The notes under the pieces are model-generated. The model saw only the letters and a program-made list of their open reading frames with translations. It did no database searches and was not told where the DNA came from. From Candidatus Micrarchaeota archaeon (GTDB lineage Archaea; Micrarchaeota; Micrarchaeia; Norongarragalinales; SBBD01), in contig JAZDGU010000029.1 of NCBI GenBank assembly GCA_043806595.1, forward strand, positions 23,576-87,575: a DNA stretch of 64,000 nucleotides, written 5' to 3'. Shown piece after piece: positions 18,201 through 30,813 of this stretch (the stretch's first letter is position 1; each line of letters begins with the position of its first letter). A program made the translations under genes and the position numbers.

Positions 18201-21200
18201 TGACTCTGGGCTCCAGTAGCGCCGGCATCGGACGCCAACAGCGCATCCGCGGCGTTTTCAGGAGTCCCGGCGCCGTCGGCAGGCGTCTCGAAGTAGAGGA
18301 AAACCCCGCCCGCGGTCTGGGCCGCGCCGCCTCCTGCGGGCTCGCCGGTGCCGCCCTCCTGCGCGGCCTTCTTGGCATCGTCCGTCGAGGCGAGCTCGGG
18401 CACCGGGACGGTGAGCGTCTGCTGTGGCACGAGGTCGCCCATGGGCGAGGACGGGAAGAACTCCTTGAGGGTTTCGTCGAGCGGCTTGCCGCCGACACCG
18501 ACAATGACGGCGACCCTGCGCTGTTCGGGCTTGGTGGAAATCGCGCCGACGGAACGGATCTCGATGAAGCCTTCACCGGCCTTTTCCGCGGTGCATTCCG
18601 CGATGTAGCCGGTTCCGGCCTTCAGCGCCTGCGGGATGTCGCAGGATGCAAGAATGCTTCCGTCGCGGGATTTCGCGGCGTAGGAGAGCGAGAGGTCCTC
18701 GTCGTAGTTGTTCGTCATGGAGAGCCAGCGCTTGTGGCCGACGTCCTTGAAGACGAGCACCTGCGGCTCGCCGTTCTTGGCGTTGGTCTGGCCCTGCTGG
18801 TAGTTGACGTAGAAGCCGTTGAGCGCCGCGGACAGCTGCTTGCCGAGGTTGCCGAGGCACTTGCCGGTGTCCACGAACGAAATCCTGATGGGCGCATCCT
18901 TGGCGGGCACCGTGCCCTGCCTTACCACGCCGAAGACGATCAGCTTGCCTTCCACGGACTGTTCCTCGAACGCCTCGGGCTTGAGGCAGCCGTACTCGTC
19001 GAGGAACTGCTCGGGGACGCCGACCTCGACCTCGAAACTCTGCCTCGGGCACGGGTCTTCGCCGGCGAGGTTGCGCTCGTTGACCCGCATGGAGACCAAT
19101 TCCTTCAGCCAGGCGCCCTTCTTGGTGATGCTTTTCACCGCGTGGTCGAGGTCGCCCTTGGTAGAGACTATTGAGGGTCCCTCGAGCCATCCCTGCGGGC
19201 CGGAAAGCCGGAGGCCGGAGTTGAGCGGCGTGTTGATTTCCAACCGCACTTCCCTGTTGGAACTTCCCTCGTTCTTGACGCACAGCAGTTGCGACTGCGT
19301 GAGGTGGGAGTTCTCGTTGTTGAAAGTGAAGGTCAGGTCGCCCTCGAGAAGTATCGGGAAGGCCTCGTCGGTAATCAGCAGCATGCTGCCCTTCGTCTGC
19401 TTCTCGCACAGCACGAAGACGGTCTCCTCCTTCTTGGGGACGAGGACCTCGACGGGCGCGGCAGGGGCCTCCTGGCCGTCAGCAGCTGGTGCTGCAGCAG
19501 AGGTCAATATCCGGAAGGAAGGCGGGAAGATGACCTTGCGCACCTGCTTGAGCCCGTATTTCCGCCCGTTGCGGGAAATCTGGACGGAGAGGCAGGCTCC
19601 GTTGAAGTCGGTCTCGCGCGACACCTTGTCGACTTCCGAGGCGGTTGCGGGAAGGGTGTAGGTCACTTCCTCGCTGAAGATGCCCTTGATGCGGAAGCGT
19701 TCCTTGGGCTGGGCCATGTCCGTGGGGGCAATGCGCAACACGAAGAGCGTGTTGTCGGGGATGGTGAACTCGAGGGGGTCGGAGCCGAAGCTCTCTTCAG
19801 TGGTGCGCTTGGACATGATGCGCGTGGCATCGGCCTCGAAGCGGTCCAGCGTCTGTGGATCGGACAGGGTGAGGGTCACGGGGTTGGAAAGCCGTACTGA
19901 TTCCATGGGCGAGTCCTTCCAGTAGTCGGTCTTGAGGCCGAGGAGGCTCTCCTGCGGCACGGACACCCCGACGTCGAAAGGCAGGGTGAACTCGAAGTCC
20001 ATGCCCTGCAGCATGGCGAGCTCGGGGTCGACGGTTGTGAAGGTTATTGGCTGGTTGGCGGCAAGCAGGACGTCGAACGAGGAGTCTTTCCTTTGTGTCT
20101 GGGGGGTGAAGCCGGCGGGGAAGGTCGCCTCGTAGCTCGTCGTGGCGATGCGGTTCTGGACGAGGTTCGACTCGCGGGGGAAGTGCCAGACGGAAGGCGC
20201 GGGGAAGGCGACGGTGAAGCTCTCCTGCCCGCGCACGGATTCGGAAGCCTTGAGGATCCTGCGGTCCATGGTGAGCATCGAGCCTGCGTGAACCTCGAGC
20301 TTGGCCGTGCCCTGCGGGGTCTCGGCGGAGGAGGACGCGCCTTCCGCGAGCATCCTGGCTCCGTTGGCGAACTCGACGAGCTTGGCGTCGGAGGTCGGCA
20401 CGTTCCTCACATTGACGTTGGGTGCCAGTGAGAGGCTGAAGCCAGCTGGAATCTCCTTCTCGGAGCCGTAGACGCCGAACTCGGCTGGTCCGAGGGACAT
20501 CTGCGTGTACGGAAGGACGTCAACGGAATAGCTGGAGTCGGGGAGCTTGAGGCCCTTGCGCGCGACACCGTAGAACGAGAGCTGGCTGCGGTCGTTGGAG
20601 ATGGAGCTGACGGTGAAGCCGTCCTGCGCGACGCTCACCGAGACCTGCTCGTCCTTCTGGATTCGGAACATCACGCGGAACGGCAGCATCATGCTGAGCC
20701 TGCCGTAGGGGTCCTGCTGGGCGAAAGGCGAGGGCATGCGGACGGCGCTGCCCGCGGGTATTGTTATCTTCTTGAAGTCGTTGGAGTCCGTGGAAATTAC
20801 TGCGTCTGCGGGCAGGGAAATCGTCGTGCCGCTGCGGAACTGGAGCGCCTTGTTGCCGTTGAACTCGTCGCGCTTGACGCGCACGAACTCCTGCGGCAGG
20901 AATACGGCCTCCACGGGGAAGTAGACCTCGTAGGCGTCGCGGGAGGAGACGAAAGGCGTCAGCTGGATGCGGAAGGGCGTGTTGGAGGGAAGTGAAGCAC
21001 GGCGCTGGCCGATGTCCCGCTGGCGCGTAAGCCGTATGCTTGCGGGGATGGTGATGTCGAAGTCCTCGACGGTCGCGGTCTGGAGGGAGCCCTCGCGCGT
21101 GAACTCGGTCTCGGGCTCGAAGTCCATGAACAGGCTGACGGGGAAGCGGAGCTCCCACGCGGTGTCGGCCATCGGCTGCTGGTAGGGCTCGTAGCGGTTG

Positions 21201-24200
21201 GAGTAGCGCTGGTTGCTTGCGACTGCTATCTTGCGCGCCCACGCCGGCGGCACCTGGAAGAACGCGCCCGCCGGGACTATCGCGGCGAGCGAGCCCGCGG
21301 AGGTCTGCAGGGAGAATATGTAGGACGCCTGGTAGGGCGACTGCGCGAGATTCGAGAGGTCGCCGACCTGCGCGCCCTGCTCGAAGAGCATCGAGTCGCC
21401 GCTCGGCAGCTCGACGTACTCCGTTCCGTCGGGGTTCTCCTTGTGCAGGGTGCCCTTGGGGAACTGGAAGACGAGCTCGACGGGAAGCGCGAGCCGCACT
21501 CCGTTCTTGACCTCGCCGACGTCGGGCAGGGCCTCGGTGGCGCTCACCTCGATTTCGTCGGACGAGCACGGCGACCCTCCGGCAGCCGTAGTCGCCTTGT
21601 AGGTGCCTGCCGCGGGGTAGCTGCATTTGATTGAACAGGAGCCTGTGGTGCCGGTGCAGTCCTTCGCGGTGACGGTGCGACCGTTGCCGCAGTTGACTGG
21701 AAAGACGTTGGGGGCCTTGGGCAGGTCGTAGTAGCTTATCGTGAGGAGCGTGTTCTGGTTGCGGGAGAGCGTGGTCGGGTCCGCGGTTATGACGCACTGG
21801 GGCTCGGCCTCTGACAGCGGGTCCTCGTCTGGCTTGAGCACGTCGACCTGCACGGCACTGCATTGCGTGCCGGAGGCGGCTGCCTGGACGGCGTATGTGC
21901 CGTCCTGCTCGTAGTAGCACTTGGCCTGGCATGTTCCGGTGGTGCCGCTGCAGCCGGCGGCGTTCGCTGTCCTGCCGTTGCCGCAGTTGATGAGGAGCGC
22001 GTTGGGGGCGCGGGCGAGGTTGTAGTAGTTCGCCGTCACCATCGTGAACTCGCCTTCCTTTATCCTCGAGGGGTCGATGGTGAGCGCGCAGGAGGGGCGG
22101 GATGCCTGAACCTCCACGTATGCCGTCGTACATTCGACGCCGCCGGAAACCGCCAAAACCGTGAACTCGCCTGCCCGGGGATACCGGCATTTCGCCGAGC
22201 ACGAGCCGGACTCGCCGGAGCATGAGACCGCGGAAACCTTCCTTCCGTTGCCGCACTCGATTTCGAAGGAGTTCGGGGAAGGCGAGAAGTCGGAGAAGGC
22301 GACGGTAACCGAGGATTCCTGGCCCTCGTCGAGGAGGGAAGGTTCGACGGTGAGGGCGCAGGACGGTTCGGGCAATGGCGTGGGGGTGACGGTGCCGCCC
22401 GAGCCGACGTCGCTGCAGCTGTCCGAGGAAGTGGCCGAATACGTCAGGGAGAGCTGGCGTTTGGAGGAGACGCCTTGCGTCGTTGCGATAAGCTTGAGCG
22501 TCGCGTTGCGCTCGTCCGGCTCGGTTTCGCAGGGGTCGACGGGCATCGCCTTGGCATAGACCCGAAACTCCGCTGAGCCGCCGCTGGGGACCACCACGGA
22601 CAGGGGCTCGACGGAGAAAATCCTCGGGAGCGTGTTCTCCTGGTTGACGAGCAGCGGGTAAGGCGCGTCGTTGGTGACGGTTATCGACTGCATGTCGGAC
22701 CTGACCTTCGGGGGCTGGAGGGCGAACTGCAGGGACTCGCTGGAGACCTGCCAGAGCGTGCCAAGCTCCTGCTGGACGAAAGAGGTCTTGACGGTGAACG
22801 GCACATATTCCTCCTGAGAGCTTCCGCCGAGCCTGGCGGAAATCCTGATGCGGCCGTTTATCTTCTCGGAGACCGTCGAGGCGCGTTCGGCGATCTGGAG
22901 GACGGCATCGTCGATTTCGGCGGTCAGGCTCACGGTGCCGGACTGGCGCGCCTTCAACCGCAAGGAGAAGGTGTCGACGTTGATGCGGGTGTACTTTGGA
23001 ATCTGCGAGAACTGCAGGGACATGGTCACGGGCACACTGTCCTCGAGGAGGTTGTTCACGGAGAACGCCTGCTGCTGGGGGTCGCGGGACTCGACGGCGA
23101 GGGCAAGGGCAGTTGAGTCGACTTCGACGAGCCTGACTGCGGAAACCAGGAGGGTGCCGCGCTTGGACTTGAAGCCCTCGGCGTCAATCTTGAAGGATAC
23201 GTACCCCACGCTGACCGGCCTGATGCCCTCCGCGCGGTACGACGCGCTGCCGTCCCTGCCCTCGGTGTAGACGCCCTCAACCTGCGCGCCCCTCAAGGCG
23301 TCCGAGCCGTCCCCGAGAACAACTGAAGCGTCCTTGACCGGGAGTCCGAGGGAGTCCGAGACCTTGAACGTTACCACGCCGTCGGCAAGCGCCTGCAGCG
23401 ACTTGGGCGAGTAGGAGACCTTCAGGTCGGGCTTGGTGCCGACGACGCGCGCCGCGAGATTGCGGGTCACCGTCGACTCGCCGAAGCGCGCCTGCAGCGT
23501 CAACGGGACGTCGTTTGAGAGGCGCTGAGCGCGGATTGAGAAGGTGCCGGCTGCGTTGTCATCGGAAGTGGTAAGCGATATCGCCTGCTCGTCGCCCTTG
23601 CGCGCACGCGCGCGGCTGTCACCGCTCACGCCCTCCTCGAGGGAAAGCGAGAGGTCGTCCGCGGGCGAGGTCAGCTCTATGACCGCGCCGCGTGGGGCCG
23701 CTAGCGTGAACTTGAGGGAGAACGTTTCGCCGGACTCCGCGGCGTAGTTGTCCGAGACCGTGCCGCCCCTGCCCTCGAAGTGAGACTCGAGGCAGACCTC
23801 GCCCTCGCAGATGCCGCCGAAGGAGAGGGGAAGCGACACGGAATTGGTTGCCGCGGAGAGGGCGTCGGGCCCGGCGACGGAGTCGACGGGGTCGCGGAGG
23901 ATCTCGCGCGAGGTGTAGAACGCGGCGCGGTATTGGACGTTGACCGAGGCGCGGGAAAGCGGCCTGGTGCGTATCTGAACGGACACCTCACGGGTGCCCT
24001 CGAAGGGCTGGAAGGTGAAGTCCGCGAACTTGTAGCCTTGCACGTCCTCGCCCGCCAGAAACAGGGCGGCGGCATTCCCGGCCGGGGTCGGCGTCGGGGT
24101 CGCGGTGACAGTCGCGGTAGGCTCCTCGCGCGAATACTCGGTGCCCTTGCGGACCACCGCGCTGCCGGAACCGTATCCGACTATTTCCGCGGTCTCGCTC

Positions 24201-26212
24201 TCGAGGGAGGAGTCCTCGTTCCCGATGCGGATGTGAGCCTGTATGCGGGAGACGGAGACCGGCGGCTTGGACAGGACGAATCGCAAATTATAGACCGTCG
24301 AGGGGGAAAGAGAGGAGGCCTTGTTCCCGGTGAGGTCGTATGCCCCCTGGAACACGAGCTTTGCCCCCGAGAGCACGCCGACGGGCATCAGCTCGAACTC
24401 CTGCTTGTTGTTGACCCCGGGCTTGACCTCGAATTCCGAGGAAAGGAGGTCGTCGTAACCCTCGGCCTCGACCCTGGCGGCATAGAAGCCCTCGAGGATC
24501 TTGAGGGAACACGCTCCCTTCGAGGTGGTGCAGGAGCCAGTTGCGGCAAACTCGCCCATCGAGGGCGAAAACTCGACCCGGGCGCCGTCGATGGTCTTGT
24601 TCGTGAAATGGTCGCGGACCTTGACGGAGAGCTTGCCCGGCGCGGGCATGAGTAAGACGTGAAGGAGGTTGACGTCCTCGGACTCGCCCGTTCCTTCGAC
24701 AGTGAGGAGGACGGGCAGGCTGGAGCCGTTCCTTCCCGCGGCGCTCGCAACCGCGATGACCTCGTCGAGGGGCAGGCCGTCAAATCCCGTCGTGCCGTCC
24801 GCGCTCGTGTATTTCTCCGGGACCCCGGTCGGAAGGCCGTCCAAGTAGGAAAGGGATACGTATGCGGAGGGCACGAACTCGCCGTTCTTGTCGGTGACCT
24901 CGACGACGGCCTTCGCCGAATTGTCCTTGCCGGCCTCCTCCAGCCTGACGGAATACGATTTGCCCTTCTCTGCGTCCATGATCCTGGCGGGAAGGAAGCC
25001 GTACTTGTAGACCGTGACGTAATATGAAGACCTTTCGAGGTCCTTGAAGACGGCGACGCCGTCCGAGGGTATTTCCTCGCTTATCTTGGCGCCTTGCGGC
25101 TCATGCAGCCAGACCGAGGGATTGGAAAGCGAGCGGTTGTCGGAATCGAAGACGGCTACCGTAATCGAGCGGAGCTGTTCCTTTGAAACCTTCCTAAGAA
25201 CCGCGTCGATGCCGGTCTCGGCCTGGACCTCGGTCTCCGCGGAAAGGAAGGCAGGATATCCTGCCGCCTTCACGGAGACGTATATGGCCGTTCCTAGCTT
25301 GATTTCCTGCGAGGGCACGCCGCCGTCCGCGCCCGACTTGAGGTTCCGGAAGATCGTCTTGCCGGTGCCGGCCTCGCTTATTTCGATTGTGGCGTTCCCA
25401 ATGCCCTCGCGGGTGTCCGAGTCGGTGACGCGGATGATAACGCGGCCGTTGACCGCGGACTGCTTCGGCGTCAGGCCGAAGGGCGGCAGGGTCTTGTCGC
25501 TTGAATCGACACGCACGTCGCGCGACTCGTCGTTGAAGCCCTCGGCCTGGACGACGACCTTGTAGGCGGTGTTCTGCTGGACGTCGAACGTGACAGTAGC
25601 CCCGGTCTTGGAATCGGCGATGGGAACGTATGTAGCGGTGTCGAAGAGCCAGAAGGTCGCGGACGAGGGCGGGGGCTCGACTGAAAGCGCGAGCGAAACA
25701 GTGGTCCTTGCGGGTTCGGGCGCGAGCCTGACGGTCACGAGGTTGTTCTCCGACTTCTTGCCGACGCTAACCCTCGAGCTGGCGCCCGAGTCGAAGGTGA
25801 GGGTGGAGCCGTCGAAGCCCGCGGCGGTGAGGGTGAGCTCGGCGCCTACGGGGGCCCCGGAGAAGTAGGCGACGCCGTCGGAGCCCGTGGTGGCCTCCAT
25901 GCGCTTCATGCCGTAGGCGTTCTCGGGGTCGGCGAGGAACACCCTCGCGTCTGACACCGGCAGGCCGTCGGATGCGAGCAGCGTGACGGTGACGTCCGCG
26001 GTCTTGGGCTCGAATGCCTTCGTGCCGCCGAGCAGAAGGAAGGCGGCCCCGCCGAAAATCAGGAGAAGGATGAGCAGGAACACGGGCAGCGAGGGAAGGC
26101 CCTTCTCCTCGAGCCAGTCCGCGGCGTCCTTGAGGGGGAGGCCCTTGTCCGCGCACCATTCGAGAAAGCCCTGCCACTTCTCATTGACGGATTCGAAGAA
26201 TTCCTCGAGCAT
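15239..26212 (-). CDS. Giant membrane-anchored surface protein, ~3657 aa
   Basis: Start MLEEFFES; N-terminal TM (LPVFLLILLLIFGGAAFLLLG); tandem carboxypeptidase-regulatory/Ig-like beta sandwiches; three Cys-rich CGNGR repeats; distal hydrophobic helices. Confidence 0.9.
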   Translation of the reverse strand: MLEEFFESVNEKWQGFLEWCADKGLPLKDAADWLEEKGLPSLPVFLLILLLIFGGAAFLLLGGTKAFEPKTADVTVTLLASDGLPVSDARVFLADPENAYGMKRMEATTGSDGVAYFSGAPVGAELTLTAAGFDGSTLTFDSGASSRVSVGKKSENNLVTVRLAPEPARTTVSLALSVEPPPSSATFWLFDTATYVPIADSKTGATVTFDVQQNTAYKVVVQAEGFNDESRDVRVDSSDKTLPPFGLTPKQSAVNGRVIIRVTDSDTREGIGNATIEISEAGTGKTIFRNLKSGADGGVPSQEIKLGTAIYVSVKAAGYPAFLSAETEVQAETGIDAVLRKVSKEQLRSITVAVFDSDNRSLSNPSVWLHEPQGAKISEEIPSDGVAVFKDLERSSYYVTVYKYGFLPARIMDAEKGKSYSVRLEEAGKDNSAKAVVEVTDKNGEFVPSAYVSLSYLDGLPTGVPEKYTSADGTTGFDGLPLDEVIAVASAAGRNGSSLPVLLTVEGTGESEDVNLLHVLLMPAPGKLSVKVRDHFTNKTIDGARVEFSPSMGEFAATGSCTTSKGACSLKILEGFYAARVEAEGYDDLLSSEFEVKPGVNNKQEFELMPVGVLSGAKLVFQGAYDLTGNKASSLSPSTVYNLRFVLSKPPVSVSRIQAHIRIGNEDSSLESETAEIVGYGSGSAVVRKGTEYSREEPTATVTATPTPTPAGNAAALFLAGEDVQGYKFADFTFQPFEGTREVSVQIRTRPLSRASVNVQYRAAFYTSREILRDPVDSVAGPDALSAATNSVSLPLSFGGICEGEVCLESHFEGRGGTVSDNYAAESGETFSLKFTLAAPRGAVIELTSPADDLSLSLEEGVSGDSRARARKGDEQAISLTTSDDNAAGTFSIRAQRLSNDVPLTLQARFGESTVTRNLAARVVGTKPDLKVSYSPKSLQALADGVVTFKVSDSLGLPVKDASVVLGDGSDALRGAQVEGVYTEGRDGSASYRAEGIRPVSVGYVSFKIDAEGFKSKRGTLLVSAVRLVEVDSTALALAVESRDPQQQAFSVNNLLEDSVPVTMSLQFSQIPKYTRINVDTFSLRLKARQSGTVSLTAEIDDAVLQIAERASTVSEKINGRIRISARLGGSSQEEYVPFTVKTSFVQQELGTLWQVSSESLQFALQPPKVRSDMQSITVTNDAPYPLLVNQENTLPRIFSVEPLSVVVPSGGSAEFRVYAKAMPVDPCETEPDERNATLKLIATTQGVSSKRQLSLTYSATSSDSCSDVGSGGTVTPTPLPEPSCALTVEPSLLDEGQESSVTVAFSDFSPSPNSFEIECGNGRKVSAVSCSGESGSCSAKCRYPRAGEFTVLAVSGGVECTTAYVEVQASRPSCALTIDPSRIKEGEFTMVTANYYNLARAPNALLINCGNGRTANAAGCSGTTGTCQAKCYYEQDGTYAVQAAASGTQCSAVQVDVLKPDEDPLSEAEPQCVITADPTTLSRNQNTLLTISYYDLPKAPNVFPVNCGNGRTVTAKDCTGTTGSCSIKCSYPAAGTYKATTAAGGSPCSSDEIEVSATEALPDVGEVKNGVRLALPVELVFQFPKGTLHKENPDGTEYVELPSGDSMLFEQGAQVGDLSNLAQSPYQASYIFSLQTSAGSLAAIVPAGAFFQVPPAWARKIAVASNQRYSNRYEPYQQPMADTAWELRFPVSLFMDFEPETEFTREGSLQTATVEDFDITIPASIRLTRQRDIGQRRASLPSNTPFRIQLTPFVSSRDAYEVYFPVEAVFLPQEFVRVKRDEFNGNKALQFRSGTTISLPADAVISTDSNDFKKITIPAGSAVRMPSPFAQQDPYGRLSMMLPFRVMFRIQKDEQVSVSVAQDGFTVSSISNDRSQLSFYGVARKGLKLPDSSYSVDVLPYTQMSLGPAEFGVYGSEKEIPAGFSLSLAPNVNVRNVPTSDAKLVEFANGARMLAEGASSSAETPQGTAKLEVHAGSMLTMDRRILKASESVRGQESFTVAFPAPSVWHFPRESNLVQNRIATTSYEATFPAGFTPQTQRKDSSFDVLLAANQPITFTTVDPELAMLQGMDFEFTLPFDVGVSVPQESLLGLKTDYWKDSPMESVRLSNPVTLTLSDPQTLDRFEADATRIMSKRTTEESFGSDPLEFTIPDNTLFVLRIAPTDMAQPKERFRIKGIFSEEVTYTLPATASEVDKVSRETDFNGACLSVQISRNGRKYGLKQVRKVIFPPSFRILTSAAAPAADGQEAPAAPVEVLVPKKEETVFVLCEKQTKGSMLLITDEAFPILLEGDLTFTFNNENSHLTQSQLLCVKNEGSSNREVRLEINTPLNSGLRLSGPQGWLEGPSIVSTKGDLDHAVKSITKKGAWLKELVSMRVNERNLAGEDPCPRQSFEVEVGVPEQFLDEYGCLKPEAFEEQSVEGKLIVFGVVRQGTVPAKDAPIRISFVDTGKCLGNLGKQLSAALNGFYVNYQQGQTNAKNGEPQVLVFKDVGHKRWLSMTNNYDEDLSLSYAAKSRDGSILASCDIPQALKAGTGYIAECTAEKAGEGFIEIRSVGAISTKPEQRRVAVIVGVGGKPLDETLKEFFPSSPMGDLVPQQTLTVPVPELASTDDAKKAAQEGGTGEPAGGGAAQTAGGVFLYFETPADGAGTPENAADALLASDAGATGAQSQGKLDALAGGTMQCQTNFCTGNGEQLQDAYKGFGAKLQEFVLKFYFDEKYPKEISTFCNPSEPRLVVHNRNGFYKSIIVQSANTRVSFNELQKSVDEGLGELRDASGEKYVEDFKWDTSGGISSCGIYIVTARLGLCKSPNSFPDKKAWLRSASIEMAVNPADPTQFKACEETLANAGLLTAEDPQIIVGREQVKANTKLPYFELRKPNDAAEAKSIFDKFKLIYFGSYRGGNSELDERNAQGLISALYGSSPNLFSYSPSYSDAGYCTKRLGAVTGSVMAASAPNLVIQGIMATFGVSYALKETVMGFASTLALCGSTSVVNVGNAVFKDANTCDAANACAQGASYYLLNTFTAYIPNFGLKPAEGVSAATMRNIGQAFSAKFLGARFASEFLTFTAFSAVFSGVEYVKGDDKVVAKPDLVLPAGKAFRSILPWGSTAWMAEQGTRYYGLSMGSAYDASIGLRNGIKEAERLGLGGDLSARTITKLVAKGKAAADFHELVKVKIPPNDPVIMDAMSDMLGRDAMEELFDKLADDTLQKSLNPVDNALYQRRMEQIVTSLRGTRSTKAGSTSLWADVVDSLTAAKGPRNGNFLHSGPWPAGISSEAQYLKEETLDHVLEHLRQRGDVATGTRKPFSFKGILKAESIVPADQYDDFLRKMTAKYPRLGTVQNAMSSIPDADVKFGRGATVTDRLLSRTRTLISGGNVKSEKPIIDITRNVLKSEGDDVAKAAKTTGGFFKQFTNAGSRFKSMFAPAKIPRLVGTIVAVLGPILTYADLRPVRAELDYRYGNHVVVFNNPTLDNAPDPVTSVKEICTRDEASKTVCLNRVDANALCPRTKPFCFYFIKGPEYAGVPQYDLLTAFNGRQATQAIAESFFAASKPVQTDSFSVTEAVVTSSALPGYSALEGAGVPVSDEQSGPQTPVPLSEAATNLLARYKEWCDGYQCPPEVVKSIEEAEKLVDQGNDAGYRKALEFLNEALRAQAATSG
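21540..22375 (-). repeat. Three ~90-95-aa Cys-rich internal repeats in the giant protein
   Basis: CALTVEPS/CALTIDPS/CVITADPT each followed by CGNGR..CxGxxGxCxxKCxY. Confidence 0.9.
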
Positions 26213-26292
26213 GCGGATTATCGGAAAGATAGGGCGAAAACACTTATTTAAATACCATCGTAGCGGCCAAATGGAAAAAATTCGCGTCCTGC

Positions 26293-26628
26293 TCAGCGGA
26301 CCCTCCGCTGGAGAGGCAGGACCGAACCGCACTTCCTGCAGACCTTCTCCTTGTGCTTCCAGTTCAGTTCGAAGTCCGTGCCTCCGCACTCGGGGCAGGC
26401 GCGTATCTCGCTCTTGTGGAAGTCCATCCAGCCCTCCTTGCCGTCGCGGCCGGCGAAGGACTGGTGGGAGAAGGCGACGCGCTCGCGGCGGTCGGTCAGC
26501 TGGGGCTTGTCGTCATCGAACTTCTTCTTCTCGACGGCGGGCTTGACCTTGCGGCTGGAGCACCGCGGGCAGATGACCGCATCCTCGGCCTCCCAGTGCA
26601 GCGAACAATTGTCGCAGGCGTATTTCAT
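26293..26628 (-). CDS. Double zinc-ribbon protein with a TFB/TFIIB-like C-terminal ribbon
   Basis: CDNC...CPRC and CPECGGTDFELNWKHKEKVCRKCGSVL. Confidence 0.8.
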   Translation of the reverse strand: MKYACDNCSLHWEAEDAVICPRCSSRKVKPAVEKKKFDDDKPQLTDRRERVAFSHQSFAGRDGKEGWMDFHKSEIRACPECGGTDFELNWKHKEKVCRKCGSVLPLQRRVR

Positions 26629-26673
26629 CGGAACCACGATTGTTTGGCATGGATAAAATATTATTGCTTGCGG

Positions 26674-27666
26674 TCAGCCCCCCGCGGCGGAGATCTCGCG
26701 GATGAACCGCTTCAGCCCCGAGGCGAACTTCACCCGGGGAGAAAAACGCAAGAGACGGCGCGCCTTGCCTATGTCGTACTGGCGGTGCTCGGAAAGGGTA
26801 TGAAGGTATTCCTCGGGGAAGCGTGTTTTCCTGCCGAGGAGCCGCGATCTCCACGCGTCCAGCCTCGCGGCGAGAAGCGCCATCCGCTTTGAAACGTGCT
26901 TTTTCGGGGGTTCGACGGCCAGCTCGTTGGCCACCGCCTCGAACAGCTCCCGCTGGGTGAACGACTCTCCCGAGGTTACGATGAAGTCCTCGCGCACTGC
27001 GCGCGTGCGCATCGCAAGCAGTACCGCACGGGCTAGGTCGTCGACGTGGATGAAAGAGACCGAGTTCGCACCGTCGCCGACGAGCCTCATCCTTCCCGCA
27101 CGAATGCGCCCGACGACCTGCCGGAAGCCCTCCCGGAAGCCCTTCCCGTAGACAATCGGCGGCCTCAGAATCACGTATTCGAGGGGGGAGGCGCGGAGCG
27201 CGTTCTCCGCGGCGAGCTTGCTCCTGCCGTAGGCGTTCGCCGGAAGGGGGAGGGTGCTTTCGCTGATATGCTCGCCGGGCCCGAGGCTGACGCCCCGGTA
27301 GATGGAAGTGGAGGACACGAATACGAACCGGCGCACGCCCTCGGCCACGGCGGCGTTCGCCAGCTGGGAGGTCGCGAGGTAGTTGTTCCTCACGAGCTCG
27401 TCATCCGGCGCGGAATAATCGACCTGCCCGGCGAGGTGGAGCACCGCGGACGCGCCACGGCATGCGGCGCGCAACCTCTGGAAGTTGGAGAAGTCCGAAA
27501 TGTCGACGCCTTCGGCGCGCACGCCCATCGCCTTGAGGCGAGACACGCCCTGGCCCGGAAGGCAGAGCGCGCGCACGCGGACCTTGCCGCGCACGAGCGC
27601 CTGCACGACGGCAGTACCGAGCCTGCCGTCGGCCCCGGTCACCAGCACTTCGCCTTTCGCGGCCAT
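26674..27666 (-). CDS. NAD-dependent epimerase/dehydratase (extended SDR)
   Basis: VTGADGRLG, HLAG, YGRSK (YxxxK), LRPPIVYG and FIHVDDLA. Confidence 0.9.
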   Translation of the reverse strand: MAAKGEVLVTGADGRLGTAVVQALVRGKVRVRALCLPGQGVSRLKAMGVRAEGVDISDFSNFQRLRAACRGASAVLHLAGQVDYSAPDDELVRNNYLATSQLANAAVAEGVRRFVFVSSTSIYRGVSLGPGEHISESTLPLPANAYGRSKLAAENALRASPLEYVILRPPIVYGKGFREGFRQVVGRIRAGRMRLVGDGANSVSFIHVDDLARAVLLAMRTRAVREDFIVTSGESFTQRELFEAVANELAVEPPKKHVSKRMALLAARLDAWRSRLLGRKTRFPEEYLHTLSEHRQYDIGKARRLLRFSPRVKFASGLKRFIREISAAGG

Positions 27667-27675
27667 GACGGGGTT

Positions 27676-30809
<3,134 letters not shown>

Positions 30810-30813
<4 letters not shown>

